From Hydrurus foetidus (taxonomy: Eukaryota), in contig UYFQ01000349.1 of NCBI GenBank assembly GCA_900617105.1, positions 62,001 to 126,000 on the forward strand: 64,000 nucleotides of DNA, read 5' to 3'. The first letter of the stretch is position 1, and each line of letters starts with the position of its first letter. The notes beneath the pieces are model-generated. The model searched no databases. It was not told the DNA's origin and worked only from the letters and a program-made list of their open reading frames with translations. Positions 1-14,248 of this stretch are shown here, in pieces. Both the position numbers and the translations under genes were made by a program.

Positions 1-373
1 ACACTCTGTAATGTCTGAGCCCATATCGTCTTTTTTTTGCATTATTTGCCAGTCAATGCTATGCAATGGTATGGTATATTTCCCCACGCTGTATTGTGTG
101 GATATGCTATGCTATGCTATGCTATCCTATGCTGTGCTATGCTATGCTATCTGGTAGTCTTCTTGCTTCGTGTCCTCATCACTAATTCTTTTTTACCTCT
201 CCTCTTTCTGTTCTTTTTCCCTCTCCTTGCCCGTTCTCTCATCTCCCTTTCTCCTCACTTCTTTCCTCATCATCAAAGTGGCTTATTCTTCTTTTTTTTA
301 TTTCTCGTTTCTCTCACAACTCAACTATTTCCTCACTCTTTCTTTGATTCAACACTTTACCACACGATTGCAG

Positions 374-3300
374 AGAAATCTCCCCGCTCAAAATCACCGA
401 AACCAGCCAGTTTCCGTAAATTGCTCCTTCCCGAATTATCTTTCAATCCGGAATATGATATGACTACCGGTCTACCGAAACTAAATACCAAATGTGGCGT
501 ACGTTCGCTCTACAACTGTACAGATAAAATCGACAATGAGGCAGTTACACCGAAATCGATTATTACAGATCGAATAAATGATGATATGACGCCACGCGAA
601 ATAAAAAAAACAAAGCAGAATTCACCGAAATCACGTAAAATCGGTGCGGATATAAATATGAGTGATTGCACGACACCTAAGAAAGGAATATTTTTATTCT
701 CGAATAGTTCAAAATCTTCCTTGATCGATTCTCTCGATTCCTTCGACAGTATTGATAATAAAAATAGAAAAAAAGCGGCGAAAAAAGAATTTATTCATAG
801 TCCTGATTTCGATCTACATGATGATACATTATTAAATAACGAAAATAACGATATCGACCTAATGGATAATTCCATCGAAAAAGAGATAACAATAAAAGAT
901 AAATTTATGGAGACATATCAGTCAAGAAAAAAGAAAATAGAATTAAATGAGAAAAATAGGTCTATTTTGTTGTTTTCTTATTTACGCTTACATCCTATTT
1001 CTGCCAGACCTTGTTTGGGTTTGTTGCATTTTTACAGGAGGCAAAATCATTTATTTAATATTTTGTCGAGATCTGCTTGGCATGAAGACTCATTATTGGT
1101 AAGTGCTGTATTCTAATTTGTTTTATTTTTTAGATTATTCTGAATAGTTTTATAAAATTTATTTTATTTCCATTATTTGTTTTGATTTATTATCATTATT
1201 TGAGATCGATTCTGATATTATTATTGTACTCTTTTCTGCTGTTTTCTAAAGTCTGCTTAATTTTTTAAATTGCATTGTAGAGTAGATGTGCTCCTCAATA
1301 TACTGAAACTTTTTATTATCGCCTACTATACTCTATTTCACACAGATTTTTCCCAATCATTTCGCAGATTCTTTCTTCTCTAATCTAATAATTACAATTA
1401 TCAAATAAATACACAGACTTAAGTACGTGACATTCAACGAACATTTAAAAAAATAAATTTAATCTGCACTTTTTTTTCGCAGGGAGACCCTCAAAGAAGT
1501 TTGGTAATTGAAAATAAGAAATTATCAAAAATATCAAAAAACATCACAAATACAGAAATTAGATGCACATTAAGAAATTTTGATGTGAAAATAACGTTTT
1601 TAAATCTTACAATTGTAGAATTAAAAATACCAGTGAATGAAATACTAATTAGTTTGACTTCTAAACCATTATTATTTGCCGCATTTTTATACGATATTAT
1701 TACAAATACTTTTTCTTCTGATATAATAAAACACATTTTAAGTAGAATAGATTATATTTTACCTGGAGAATATTCACCCTCTTTATCCGACAATTTGAAA
1801 GAAAATATTTGTACAGACAATTCAAAAATTGAAAAAAAGTTCTGGAGAAAATCTTTTTACAATGAGGTAAACATTTTTTTAAATATAGCATTTTCTTATT
1901 TTATTCTCATTTATAATGTTAGAATTTTTACTGATATCAATTGTATTGGTGATTCAAAATAAAAGATAAATGAAAGAAAATCCTATTATTGTGTCACAGC
2001 AACGTAATTAGTGGGATAAAATTACATAAACAATAACATAAAACAAGCAATAACATGAACATAAACATAAACAAAAACATAATCAATAACATAAACATAA
2101 ACATAATAATAACATAAAACAAGCAATAACATGAACATAAACATAAACAGAAACATAATCAATAACATGAACATAAACATAAACAAAAACATAATCAATA
2201 ACATAAACATAAACACAATAATAAACATAAACAATAACATAAACATAAACATAAACATAAAAATAAACATAAACAATAACATAAACATAAACATGGACAT
2301 GAAAACAAAGAACGAGATATATACATTATTGATATTTTATGATTAACTAGATCGGATCCGCCTCTTTTTCGAAAAGTCCTTTGGGGATGTTTCGACACCC
2401 CACCCAGCTCTCGAGCAGATTCGTATCTGGATTTTACTGCTCCTTGAAGACGTGGAAGACACAAGCAGGTAATGTTAGCTTTTGTCTCTATTATTTCATT
2501 TGGAGCTACTCTGATTACTGCGATATCTTCAATGGTAATTTTTATGAATGATTTACTATCTTATTCTTTTCCCAAACATCTAATTTTTTATTTTTTATTT
2601 ATTTCTATTTCTACTTCCAATTCTAACTATTTTTTTGATTTATTTTTCTATTGATATATTTAAATATCTACTTGTAATCATTCCACTCGATCTATTTCTT
2701 ATTTCTCTCTCATCCTTGTCGATTACTTTCCTCTTCTTTGACTCGATATGAGGGTTCTCAAATCCCTGTAGTTCTTCCGTCAAATGTGTCGAACCTGCAT
2801 TATCATTATTTACGATAACATCAATTATCAGTAATGATTATCTCAATCATTTATTTTCATTTTCAGGAGACATCCGTATAGTTCTTAGTCCCCCTGGGGA
2901 TCACAAATACCCCACACAAACTATTCAAAATAGTTTGGACATAAATATGTCCAGGGCGGAAGTCATTATTTTTGTGCAAAAATACTGTTTTCAAAGAGAA
3001 ATTATCAACTCTAGATTCAGAGGTAAAATAAACAATACAATAAAAAGAAAGTTTCAAAGTGTAAAACGAACCACAAGCTGTTTTTGTTTTTGTTTTTGAT
3101 TTTTGATTTTTGTTTTTTGATTCATCCAAATAATAGAATATATAAAAGTGCGTTTGCATGGATTGCAGTAACAACTTTTATCTCTTAAGTAATTGTCTGA
3201 CTTTCAAATGTTTAGTGAAAAATACCCTAAATTCTTTTTGTAGGGAACTTGGACCTACTTCTGGAATCTAACCAGGAAGATTTAATTTCCGTTATTTTGT

Positions 3301-6300
3301 CATGTGTGAGATTAAAAACGGAATTATCCCATACTAGCAGTATAGAGGTGAGTTTATTTGATTTTTGTTTCTTGCATTGTTTCTGTTTTTTAGTATTGTG
3401 TTGTATGAGATATATTTGAATGCTAATATTTCACCTCTAGCTAAAGATGTCTGATAACCCCCGAGACTGTTATGATAATAAAAAATCGCCAAATTGTATC
3501 ATATCATATCAAATTAATTAATCATTGTTGATTCTCGCTTGTTGGTTATGATCACTACGGTGGGAATGATCCAAACCATTTCTTTCCTTCATCTGAATTA
3601 GTAGGGTACGCTGACTAAGGCGTCTTTTTTCATTTCTTTTTTCGTTCTATTTTTCATCACAGATAGGAGCATCACGGAAATTCTCTGATTTCCGTGAAAT
3701 TGATAAATCGCAAGATCCAAATGCAACTGATATGGAATGTGATGAATTTGAAAGAAAGAACGGTTTTGACAAAAACATTTACGGAATATTATCGGATACG
3801 AAGATTAAAATTGAGACAAATAAGAATACGAAAAGTTTGGGTCAAAATGAGAATTCGGTAAAAGAACTTAAGAAATTGGTGAGAAATAATCCAGAATTTT
3901 AATGAAGAAATTTGTCTGTTTGATTGTGGGCGAGTACAGGATAAGTGTTGTGTTGTATTGTGTTGCATTGCGGTTCCTTTTACCGTATGAAGTTGTTTTG
4001 TATTTTGTATTTTGCAATATTTTCTTTCCAACCATAAAATAAAAACATTTATCTCGACCTGCTCCGATTTATTCTATTTAGGGCATCTTTCCTTCTATGT
4101 AAAAAACCTCTATTCTAATTTTTATTTTCCTTCATTTAACCAAATTTCGATCACATCTACATACTGATTGCTTTTTCTTCTTTTTTCACTTTACGTTTTT
4201 CCTTCATGGGTATGACTAATAAGTCACGTAATAAATATCTTTAGACCAAACTGAAGTGCTTTGAATACTCGCCACTCCGTCCATGTCGGAAACTGTACAA
4301 CGCTACTTCAATGGAAGAACTATCACCTAACCCCAACTCTTACTCTAACACCAACTCCAACTCCAAGTGCAGCACACTTCCCCACATCTTAACTCTCATC
4401 GCTGCACTTATAATCGAGACACTAATACCAATTATTCCCATATCCCTTTAGGTCTCTCTGGCCATCGGACGGTACAACAACTGGGCAGCTGGGATACGGC
4501 TACAAACCAACCGGTTAAAAACGGTATAAATGTCTTCTCCTCGAAAAACAAGTTACAAGATTACGGACCTTGAACCTAGGATTCTTGAAGATAAATGTGC
4601 TCAGTAAAATCAATTCTCAGTCATATGCATTTGTTAAGACCGCGAGATAAGACTTACTAGAGCGTATACCCACTCGCACGAACAAAAGTAAACCCAGTCA
4701 CTACTGCTCTCTCTCCCTCTATATTCTATGTTGCTCCCACAGACACTCTTTACTCTTTCTCCCTCTTTGATGCACTGGAAGTCCACTGAAATTCGATTAT
4801 TTCGGAAAATCAAAGCACGGATACTACCTGGTCACAAAAAAGTGCTACCAAGTAGTATCCGTGCTCTGATTATCGAATTTTAGTGGACTTCCAGTGACTC
4901 CATCTGAATCACATATTCTCAGCATCAATTCTATCACCCATATCAACTATGACATCCTCCCCCTACTTCACCCCCTTTTTCATCCCTTCATTCTTCCTCT
5001 ACTTCACCCTCTTTTCCCCTCTCTGTTTCTAATCGGTTTAAACGAACATCTGGTCCGTTACCGTATTCTCTCTCAGATTCATCGGTCTACCCCATCTCCG
5101 CCACAATCGACATCTCTAATAAACGAAACCGAGAAAACAAAAAGAACTATTCCGCCACATTTGGGAAGAAAAATTAGTAGAGATGTCATAGGAACTCTGG
5201 ACCTAATTCTGGAATCTCCGTTATGGTGGCTTTCTTTTGAGACAGATAAACAAGCTGGATTATTCGATGAAAAAGGTACAAATACGTTGAGTAATTAATT
5301 ATATATTTTTTCATCTGTTTTTTATTTCATTTGGCTTCTGCATTATATTCCGTATTCTATGTTACTTCAGTTGATTTTTCCACAGATGTCTGGCTGATTA
5401 AACGTTATTCTTGGATCATTGAAGGAATCTGTTTTTCTCACATCTCTTCCTCTTCGTGTGTTCTGACCTGCATCTTTGCGATATCAACGAATATAGTGTA
5501 CTTAGCATACCCTTTTTCTCTACACCTTTTTTTATTCTATTAGTTTAATTTATCTCTTCGTCGATTCTACTTTATATTTTATTTTATTTCATTTATTTTC
5601 CCCAATTCTATTGGGGAAATTAAATTCTAATTGTATATATTTAATTGTATTCTATCTTCATTCTTTGATATAAATTTGAATTACAGTTTTCTTTTTTATG
5701 TTCCTTATTCTCTATTTCAATTCGATTTAACTCAGGGAATGAGATTGTGACGTTGGGTGCAAGTTTTTTACATTTAGAGAATCTCGAAGATTTGGGAAAA
5801 AGTGAAGTGCAGATATTGGAAGAAACGAATAAAAAGAAAAAAGAATTGGAGAGGAGAGAGCGAGAAAGAAGAGAGAAAGAAATAGAAGGAGAGAAGGAAA
5901 AAGAAAGGAAGAGGAAAGAAACGAACAATGAAATGGAATTCGATAGGGAAGAGAGAAAAAAGAGAGAGAAGAAGAGTAAGGAATGAAGGAAGCGAGAAAA
6001 AGGAACAAGAAAAACCCCTTATAACCGACACTAAAAAAGAAAAGAACACTAAGACTGGAGATAGACTTAGAAGGAGAGATTTCGGTTCCATTTCTTACGA
6101 GTCTTCAATGGCGAATACTTCCGATGGACCTGGAACTAGAATTCATCCAGATTCCAGAAATAAATTAGATGCTATTTCAGCTTCTGATTCAGACTCTGAT
6201 GAAAGTGATGATGGTAGTACTATTTCAGATTCAGATTCCAGTATTGGATTCGAAGTCCATGGAAACATTCCCAATAAGGCACTTCGAAAGCATTCGAAAC

Positions 6301-9300
6301 AACTTCCATTCAAAACCTCCTTTACCTCCTATCTCTACCTCCTTCTCTACCTCATTCTCTACCTCCTGATCCACCTCCAATCACCTCTTCCCCTCCTTCC
6401 ACCCCAAGACTTCTCCCAATCACCCTTCCATCTAACCCCCAATCCAATAGCTCCAACATCACCAATACATCGAATAATTTCCCTTCCTCTTCCCCCCTCC
6501 GCTAATGTAAACCATTATTATTGTTTGCGAATCTTGAGTTCCGAGGTCCACAACAACACACAGCTTTATTTGTCAGTTACTTTTGGACAAAAAACAGATC
6601 CGGATATTGCGATGACTCTGAGAGCGCAAGGTACACATAATTTGATGTGTTTTTGTATATCATTCAATGACTTTCCAAGTGTAGCACTGCATACTAATTT
6701 TGACCGATTTTTTTGTATCCATTTTTTTGAAATGATGTGATCATTTTTTCATTTTTATTAATTGTATTTTCTACAATGTAAATTTTCTTTTCTTTTCGTA
6801 TTTCAGAGATTGAGTTTATGTCATGTGAAGATTATAGGACCGAGAACCAGATTCCAGAATGTGTCGGAAGTAGAAATAAGAACAGTGACGTTTGTGTGGA
6901 AGTGCATACCGGGACTAGTTGTGATGATGGTATGATGACCGAGAGTGACAGTGAAATTAGGTATAAATGTAATAATGACGATGAGAACAGTGATAATACT
7001 AAAAATGATAATTATGATTACGGTAACAATGATGATCAGAATAACAAAGATAATATCAAAATTGGTATTGATGCAACAGATAATAAAAATTATCACATTG
7101 ATGATAATAATGATATCGAAGCAAAAATCAACAAATGTTCTCCTGCAGACACCAACATTAAATCCCAGGGATCATTATTCTGCTGTGCATATATTCCAAA
7201 AAATGAAACTGAAAATTACGAAATATTCTCTTTAAAAGATGTAAAATCGTTTTACACATTGTTAGCAGAAAAATTGAAAATTTCGACTGATTCTGTTTTG
7301 TCCTATCGTACGCTATCTTCATCCTCAATTATATTCTCATCTCTTTCAAATGAAAATAGAAAGAAAATGATGAAAAATAATCCAAAAAGTAATCAAAATA
7401 TAAATGAAAATAATCTAGATAGTTTAATTAATGATCGAGCATCTAATTGGATTAATGATTATCAAAATATAGTGCGAGATTACATCGCTTACGAGGATTC
7501 GAGTTTCAATGCGAAATATGTGAAGAGAAATGTAATTGGGAATTATGAGATAGAATATGGTGATGAAGGTTTTGATGATGATAATAAAAACTACAATGAT
7601 GATGATAATGATAATGATAATGATAATGATAATGATAATGATAATGATAATTATGATGACAATTATGATAATGATAAAAATAATGACAAAAGTAATGATG
7701 ATAATGATGATAATGATGATAATGATGATAACAATCGTAATGATGACCATAGCGAAAACGGAAATAAAATATTCGATGGCAGAGAAAATCATAAAAATAA
7801 TGAAAGAAATGACATTCATACTAAATCTTTACGTACACACTGTACGTACGGAAATATTTTGCTGCTCTTGAGATATTCAGATGATTTTCCAATATTATTA
7901 AAATATCTAGAAAAAAACAAAATAAAAAAAGTACTGTTAATAAAAATGAAAATGTATAATGAAATGAAATTTGAGGAAAGTAAAGCGAGGAATTATTTTT
8001 TATTCCGAAAGAATGTTCTTTGCCTTGCAGAAGCATTTTTAATTCCTTTCGAAAATCTCCATCGCTGTGTCGGGAAAATGAATTACAGAAAAAAATTACA
8101 AACTATTCATCAAGGTTAGAAAAAAAAATTTTTCGTAAAATTGAATTCGGATAATTCATAAAATTGGTTATATGTTAGACAATTTCTTGGTTTACGGTTT
8201 CGAGTGACACGGATTTACGTAATCTGTTAATAGTGATTTCCATTTTTTGCATTTCCGAGATCCTTGCATGCATCCATAATTCAATAAACAAGTGTATTCC
8301 CTCACACTGTATTCCATTCCATTCCATTTCATTTTATAGCGCATCAGCATATGACATTTTTATCATTTCAACCTACTCTATTTTCTTTCTGATTATTCTT
8401 CCATTTCAGTTTTCTCATACTTTCACTTCTTTCTTTTCTTTCTTTTCGTGTCTACAGATATTCCATCCACAACACAGTGTCGTGCACTGCTCAAGATTCC
8501 CAGCGATCTAGATCCAAAAACACAGCAACAGAATCTGTACAGTGAGATCATGGATCCAGAGATTCCATCCCTCTCTAATACTTTCACAGCTACATCGCCT
8601 CCTCACTCTGCTTTTGAAGCTCCTTCTCCTTCTCCTCCACCTTCTCCTTTTCTTCCTCCTTCTCCTTCATCTCTTCCCTCTTCACCCCCTACCCCTTCTG
8701 CTCTCCCTTTCACCCCTTCTCCTCCATCCTCTTTCCCCCCCTCGTCTTCTCTCCTGGGCTCATCCTTCCGAAATCACACCACCTCCCAGTCTCCTCTCCA
8801 TCCCCATATAAACACACACTCACTCATCCCAACCCCTTCTGTTCCGTATTTGAAGTGCGTCACTATTCTTGATGAGGCCTTCTTACTTGACACGTACAAT
8901 GTGCTGAGTGCGAACGGACAGCGTGTTAGCGCTCAACTCAATCGGTGAGTGATACAATTATTCTCATTATATTAGCTCTAATTTCCAACTTTAAGAGGGG
9001 ATTTGATTAGAACTTTATTTGCTTCTAGAAATGGAAATGGAAATTTTGATCACGATTTTTAAGTAGAAAATGGATTACTGATCGGATTGAGACCCATCAT
9101 CCAATCTCGTTCCATGTTGTCTCATCTCATGTCATCTCATGTCATGTCATGTCATCTCATGACATCTCATGTCATGTCATGTCATCTCATGTCATGTCAT
9201 CTCATGTCATGTCATCTCATGTCATCTCATGTCATCATCTCATCTCATCTGATCTCATCTCATCTGATCTCATCTCATCTGATCTCATCTCATCTGATCT

Positions 9301-12175
9301 CATCTCATCTGATCTCATCTGATCTCATCTGATCTGATCTGATCTCATCTCATCTCATCTCATCTAATCTCATCTCATTTCATCTTTACTGCTCTTTTTC
9401 CTTTTTTTCGTTAGTTTTATTGACCCTCCTAAAGTCCACATGCAGATCCTGGACCTCGAAGAAAATAATTCCACATTGAAAATTGCAACAGAAAAAATCC
9501 TGCGCCAAAAATATTCTATCAAAGAAGAAAAAGATGACGGATCAGTAAATCCGACTTCTGCGAAATCAGTCTACGACCCAACAGTCGGACAAGTGGTGTA
9601 CGGTATGTACTTACTGCATTGCTGCACGTGCGTACAGGCGTACAGTATGTGTACGTTACCAGGATGTTCGTACATACGTTCCTCCGCCTTGGCAGAGGTG
9701 CAAGAGGGGTGGGGCTTAGATGAAGGGGGAGGACGGGACGGGTTAGGCGGGGGGTCAGGGTTTACACAAAGGCCAGAGATGAGTTCAAGGGAGTCAAGGG
9801 AGGTGGGGGTAGGGATGGGGATAGAGATAGGGATGGGAATGAGAATTGTGGTGGGGATGGGGGTAGGGATGGGGGTGGGGGTGGGGGTAGGGGATGTTAA
9901 TGTTGAAGGCTTCGATAGTGTTAATAAGAGCAACAGCATGAGAAATATTCCTATGGGTAATACAAAGGATAAATGTCTGGAATCAGAGGTACAAGGTCCG
10001 TCTCAAAGAGAAACAAAATCCGTACCTGATCTCATTTCCGTATTATTGTTACACAAAAATTTGCTGACAACTGGAGATCACCCGATTGAAAAAGCAATTC
10101 GAAAATATCTACTGAATTCTACGGTAGATCGGTCTATGCAGTATGATGCTGTAGAAGACAGCGTAGCGTGTATTGAATATTATGATGGGAGTCACGATAG
10201 GGATAATTGGTGCAAGAAAGAGATTAATGAGGAGTTGTGTGTGGTGTCATCTGAAGTTCAATTGAGCGGATCGATATTGCGATTCTTACACAGGAGATTA
10301 ATCAGCAGCAATGTGGGGCACGTCATGACTGGAGAAGAGGTAAGCAATTCAAATGTGATAAGATAGATGACTATGTGCTTTTTTGCAATGAAGTTAATTT
10401 CTTAAAACTTTTAGTTTCAAACTTTCTTTAGAAGTGAATTCTTAGATTTCATGTCGATATTGCATTCTTAATTTCGATAATATTCTCATTTTCTATTTCT
10501 TTGTATGAACATTATTTACCAACAGGTCATGCTTGCAACTCCAATTGAGTGCACAAAAAACGAACCGGGAAATGCCCGACTAAAAGATGATCAAATAATA
10601 CTGAACAATAAATTATTATTTGATCAAGGAAAGATTTCTATTCCCGTGTACGATAAATTTTCAAAAAAATCCCTTAAAGGTTCAAATAATAAAAACAGTG
10701 AAACGAAAAAAACAGATGGAATAATCGGCGATGATAAGAATGATGGGAATGTTTCTCTACTACGCAAAGATTCTAATCTGTACAAATTACCAATGACGAT
10801 GTTAAGAAATATCGTGGACTTGAAAAAATACAAAACAGAATTAAATGATGGAAATAGCAATACTTATAGCACCTATTCAGAAAATAAGGAAAATGGAATA
10901 TTTATCTCTGAAAGCAAAAGTAGTAGTTATAATGTTTGCTGGGAAGAAATGAAAATATTAATAAAATATTTGAATGAAACCACAAAACTGATAGAAATGA
11001 AGAAAATCGTGAAAATTGATCATTCAGTAGGTAATTCGAAAGATATAGTACTGCATTCATCTATCCCCACTTTGTGCTGGGATCGGCTGTGCTGCCATAG
11101 ATCGGTCTATTTCCCCTTTAGAGATCAACTCAGCGGTCTTGTGGATCGTGGATCCACAAATTCCATGGTTGATGTCCAACTTTTTTATGGAGTTTTTCCT
11201 CTGAAGAAAAATTCTGAAATTTTGTTGTTGCAGAGCATTGCTGCTAACATGAAAGTGAAAAAAAATACTAGAAACATGAAATATTATCCTCAGAACAATC
11301 AAGAAAAAAAGTTACATACGCCAAAATTTATTTCCGGAAGAAAAAACTCACAACGATTTTGCCCTGCAGAATATTTGATGGAGTTACAATTTGGATTAAC
11401 ACTGCATGCAATAGATGAAGAAAGCAAAAAAAGCGAAACCGTTACTTTTCAAGACCGCCAATTATTCCGTATCGCGAAAAGTTTCGGCATGAAAAATGAA
11501 AACATCAAACTTCCAATTCTTGGGAAGTTGATTTTACTTAACTTAACTTCGTTGCTTGATATCAGTCGGGTAGGAACACGTGGAGAATGTTCTTTCCTAA
11601 GTCTCGATCTTCTTCCTCCTGGGTCGTCTCTTTTGCGCGATGTAGAATCGAAAAGTGTAACGGTTTGTACGCCTGTTGGTATTGCACAACAGGAGACACA
11701 TTCAGTTCCTGAACAACTAGAATCGGGTCATGACTGGGGTGAGAAACCCGACATTGAAGTTGAAATTGACATCAAGATTGCGAATGAAAATGGCGATGAA
11801 AACAGAAATGAAGTTGAGTTGAATATTCTACCTGAAGATAAAGTCAAATTGAAAATTCAAGAGATTGAAGAAAATTCATCCTCACTCAGTGCATTTCATT
11901 GTCGGATAAAAGCGACATCAGAGAGAGATGTCATCCTACAGACTGGTTCTCTCGATTCATCGCATTCAAATCATGCCGTCACTTCTCCTGTGCCAGAAAC
12001 GCTCACCACACATCTTAACTCTGACCAGCCTCATGTGTTCGTAGCAAGAAATATGAGTAGCAACAACATTTCGCAAGTTGGAAGATGCAATTCTGTTGTG
12101 TGTACTGGTTCACAGAAATTGTCTCGTGTAAGAGCATTTCTTGCATCTCGTGAATTGGCACATAACACCGGGTGA
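374..12175 (+). CDS. Very large multi-exon protein of unknown function, probably 5'-truncated by the window, with N/D/K/P-rich low-complexity segments
   Basis: Phase-compatible exons with GT-AG ends can be chained: 374-1098, ~1483-1866, ~2351-2468, 2867-3022, ~3244-3347, ~3664-3878. Long ORFs follow at 5747-5986/5928-6740, 6818-8119, 8448-8948, 9440-10366 and 10505-12175 (stop TGA). The frame is disrupted in ~4245-6500. No domain recognised; it could be more than one gene. Confidence 0.55.
2024..2296. repeat. Degenerate (ATAAAC)n hexamer microsatellite in an intron
   Basis: Direct reading. It explains the NINININ and MFMFML shadow ORFs. Confidence 0.9.
7574..7745 (+). repeat. (GAT/AAT)n coding repeat giving a poly-Asp/Asn tract
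   Basis: gataatgataat... within ORF 6818-8119. Confidence 0.85.
9119..9385. repeat. (CATCT/CATGT/GATCT)n pentamer microsatellite in an intron
   Basis: Direct reading. Confidence 0.9.
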
Positions 12176-13004
12176 CGGTTGAGTCCGACTGCTATGTGTC
12201 CATTTCATATTTAAGTGCGCTCGCAGTCTGAGTTACGTTGTTTCACTCTCGTGTTATGATGAAATAAACGGAGTTGAGTCGTGCGTAAAAACGTTTGTTT
12301 CCGCTTCTGAAAGTTTTGATGTTCCTTGTCAATTAACCGAAGTTTCGGGCAAAAAAATGTTTTTTCAAACAAAGGTAATTTTTATATCTTACAAGTGAAA
12401 TCTAGGTGTGAAATATGCCTCCAGGCAAAGGCACATTTTGAGATGAAACAGTGCAGGATGAGAAGCAATTCTTCTCGTGAAAATAAGTGGGGTTATGGGG
12501 TCGGATGGTTTTTCAAGTTTTTTCGTATACGCGGCGTCTCAATGGAATGCAAGACTCGTCATCACTACAAGAGACGGAAACTACATTAAATTGGTTTAAA
12601 TAGACTACTATATAGGTGTGAGATGCAAGACTCAGCTGGACGTCTTGCGGTTGCTTAGTTGGTAAGGACTAAGAGAGAAAAGGGTAGGAGTGAAAAGGAA
12701 GTAAGGCAGATGTGGCGGGCAAGTCAGAAAGTAATACTGTAATTTAGTGTGTAAGATGAGATATCTATGTGTAGGCAAGCCCACACAACACAGTAATGGC
12801 ATTAAAGATATTGAAGCTGGAGACTCGTCTCAACAAAGAATTTGTAAGACATTGACGTCACTAATTGGTCAAGAAAGTAGTTCTACACTTTTAAAGAAAT
12901 AAATACTGATCTAAGTACCAGACGTGAACGAGATATCAAGTCCCGCTAGCATCGCGTCACTCAGACTTATGAGTTTACTTCAAACGAATATTAGATGTAA
13001 AACT

Positions 13005-13595
13005 TTATCTCACTAAGCTAAGTCTTCGTTCACCCTCCATTGAGTGTAAGTTCTCGACTGTAGAAAAGAAGTCGTAACTCTCGTCAAAGTCGGGTAGTGG
13101 AATTGCTTGAGGACTAGGAGAGTTCAGTATCGCTGAACCGGCGTAGAAGTCTGCATCCTCGGAGTTCGATCGGCTCTTTGTTCGCTCCTTGCATATTTTA
13201 ATTGTTTTCTCCTTCTGGTTGATAGCAGAGGGTTGCTTGGCGGCGGTACTTTTCGCGGGAGCCGCTGTGCTCTGCTTGACGGTTGTTCGCACTGGAGTCG
13301 AGGCGGGGCTCCCGGTATTCGTGGCGCTCGGCGTTAAAGATAGTCTCGTTGGGGCTGCTTCTGTCGATATGACGAGAAGTCTCTTCAACGCCTTCGATGA
13401 TGCCTCGGCGTTCGTTGGATTGGTTACTGGTTTGTCGGACTCGCTGGTTGTTACGCTATGGGCACTACCTGCGGTTATGCGACTTGATTTCGGTTTCGTA
13501 GCGTTGCTAAGCGTGATCGCAGGAATCATTTGTTTCGCGGGTGATTTTGATTGGATGGCGTTAAGCAAAAGTTGGGTTGACGAGAGGGGTGCCAT
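13005..13595 (-). CDS. PNRC/Edc1-like protein, copy A (putative mRNA decapping activator), intronless, 196 aa
   Basis: Disordered S/T/P/K-rich protein ending in FYAGSAILNSPSPQAIPLPDF, which matches the YAG...SPxPxxLPxP PNRC motif. Confidence 0.75.
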   Translation of the reverse strand: MAPLSSTQLLLNAIQSKSPAKQMIPAITLSNATKPKSSRITAGSAHSVTTSESDKPVTNPTNAEASSKALKRLLVISTEAAPTRLSLTPSATNTGSPASTPVRTTVKQSTAAPAKSTAAKQPSAINQKEKTIKICKERTKSRSNSEDADFYAGSAILNSPSPQAIPLPDFDESYDFFSTVENLHSMEGERRLSLVR

Positions 13596-14248
13596 TGTCT
13601 GCGATGGGTTTTCACTCCCTCTTTGTCTGCAGTTTCCGTCGAGAGAAATTGTACTGATTCGTTTCCAATCAATTCTTCAACTGTGGGTGGTTGTTATGTA
13701 CCAGGTTTCGAGCAGCTTCAAGACACGCGTCGTCTCACAGTTCGGCGTTTCGTTCGTGTCTGCAAGGGGGTTTACCCCATTGGTGTTTGCTTGGGTGAAA
13801 AGAGAAAAAGATTCTCCAAGAATCGAATGGGGTTAAAAATTATAATCTGCTTTAGCACTATTTGACCTAATTTAGTCCTGATTTGAACCTTCATTTGGGT
13901 TATTTTTGTGCCGCATACGACAAAGTAGTGTGTGATGTCCGTTGAATTGCGCGAGTCCAGGATCTTCAACCAAATGTTTTTCATTTTGCACACGAGATAA
14001 ATCCTATGGGGGAAAATCTGAAATATTTCGGAAAGCGAAAAGTGCGACGACTTCGACTTGACTTGAATTTGAGACAATTTCAGTGTCGATTTCATTGAGG
14101 ACAAGGAATCCGCAGCTGGCTGGCACAATCCTAACAACACAGGAACAAAGTGTTGGACAGTGCAGTAATTTTTGAAATCAGGAAGCGACATTGTAGTCCC
14201 AATTGAGCAATCCTCATCCGAGTTTAGGAACTCCCATCGAGAACAGAA

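Noticed and set aside
37..373. Hydrophobic N-terminus of ORF 37-1116
   Set aside because: GCTAT repeat and a pyrimidine tract ending in an acceptor at 373 indicate an intron
2022..2464. MFMFML, NINI and CLCL ORFs
   Set aside because: Translations of the ATAAAC microsatellite
2867..3022. Short palindromes (caaactatt..aatagtttg, tggacat..atgtcca) suggesting a transposon relic
   Set aside because: The interval is an in-phase coding exon with AG/GT ends
3879..3945. GAA TTT TAA as a possible Euplotes-like +1 frameshift site
   Set aside because: A good donor (TTG|gtgaga) lies just upstream, so the stop is most simply intronic
12645..12680. tRNA D-arm-like tagttggtaag, and a T-loop-like ggttcgaa at ~15809
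   Set aside because: No cloverleaf or matching second box at the required spacing
13189..13836. 215-aa hydrophobic + strand ORF and its mirror 14401-14694 (-)
   Set aside because: Antisense shadows of the T/A/K/P-rich PNRC-like genes; TTG starts; the hydrophobicity is the expected reverse-complement artefact
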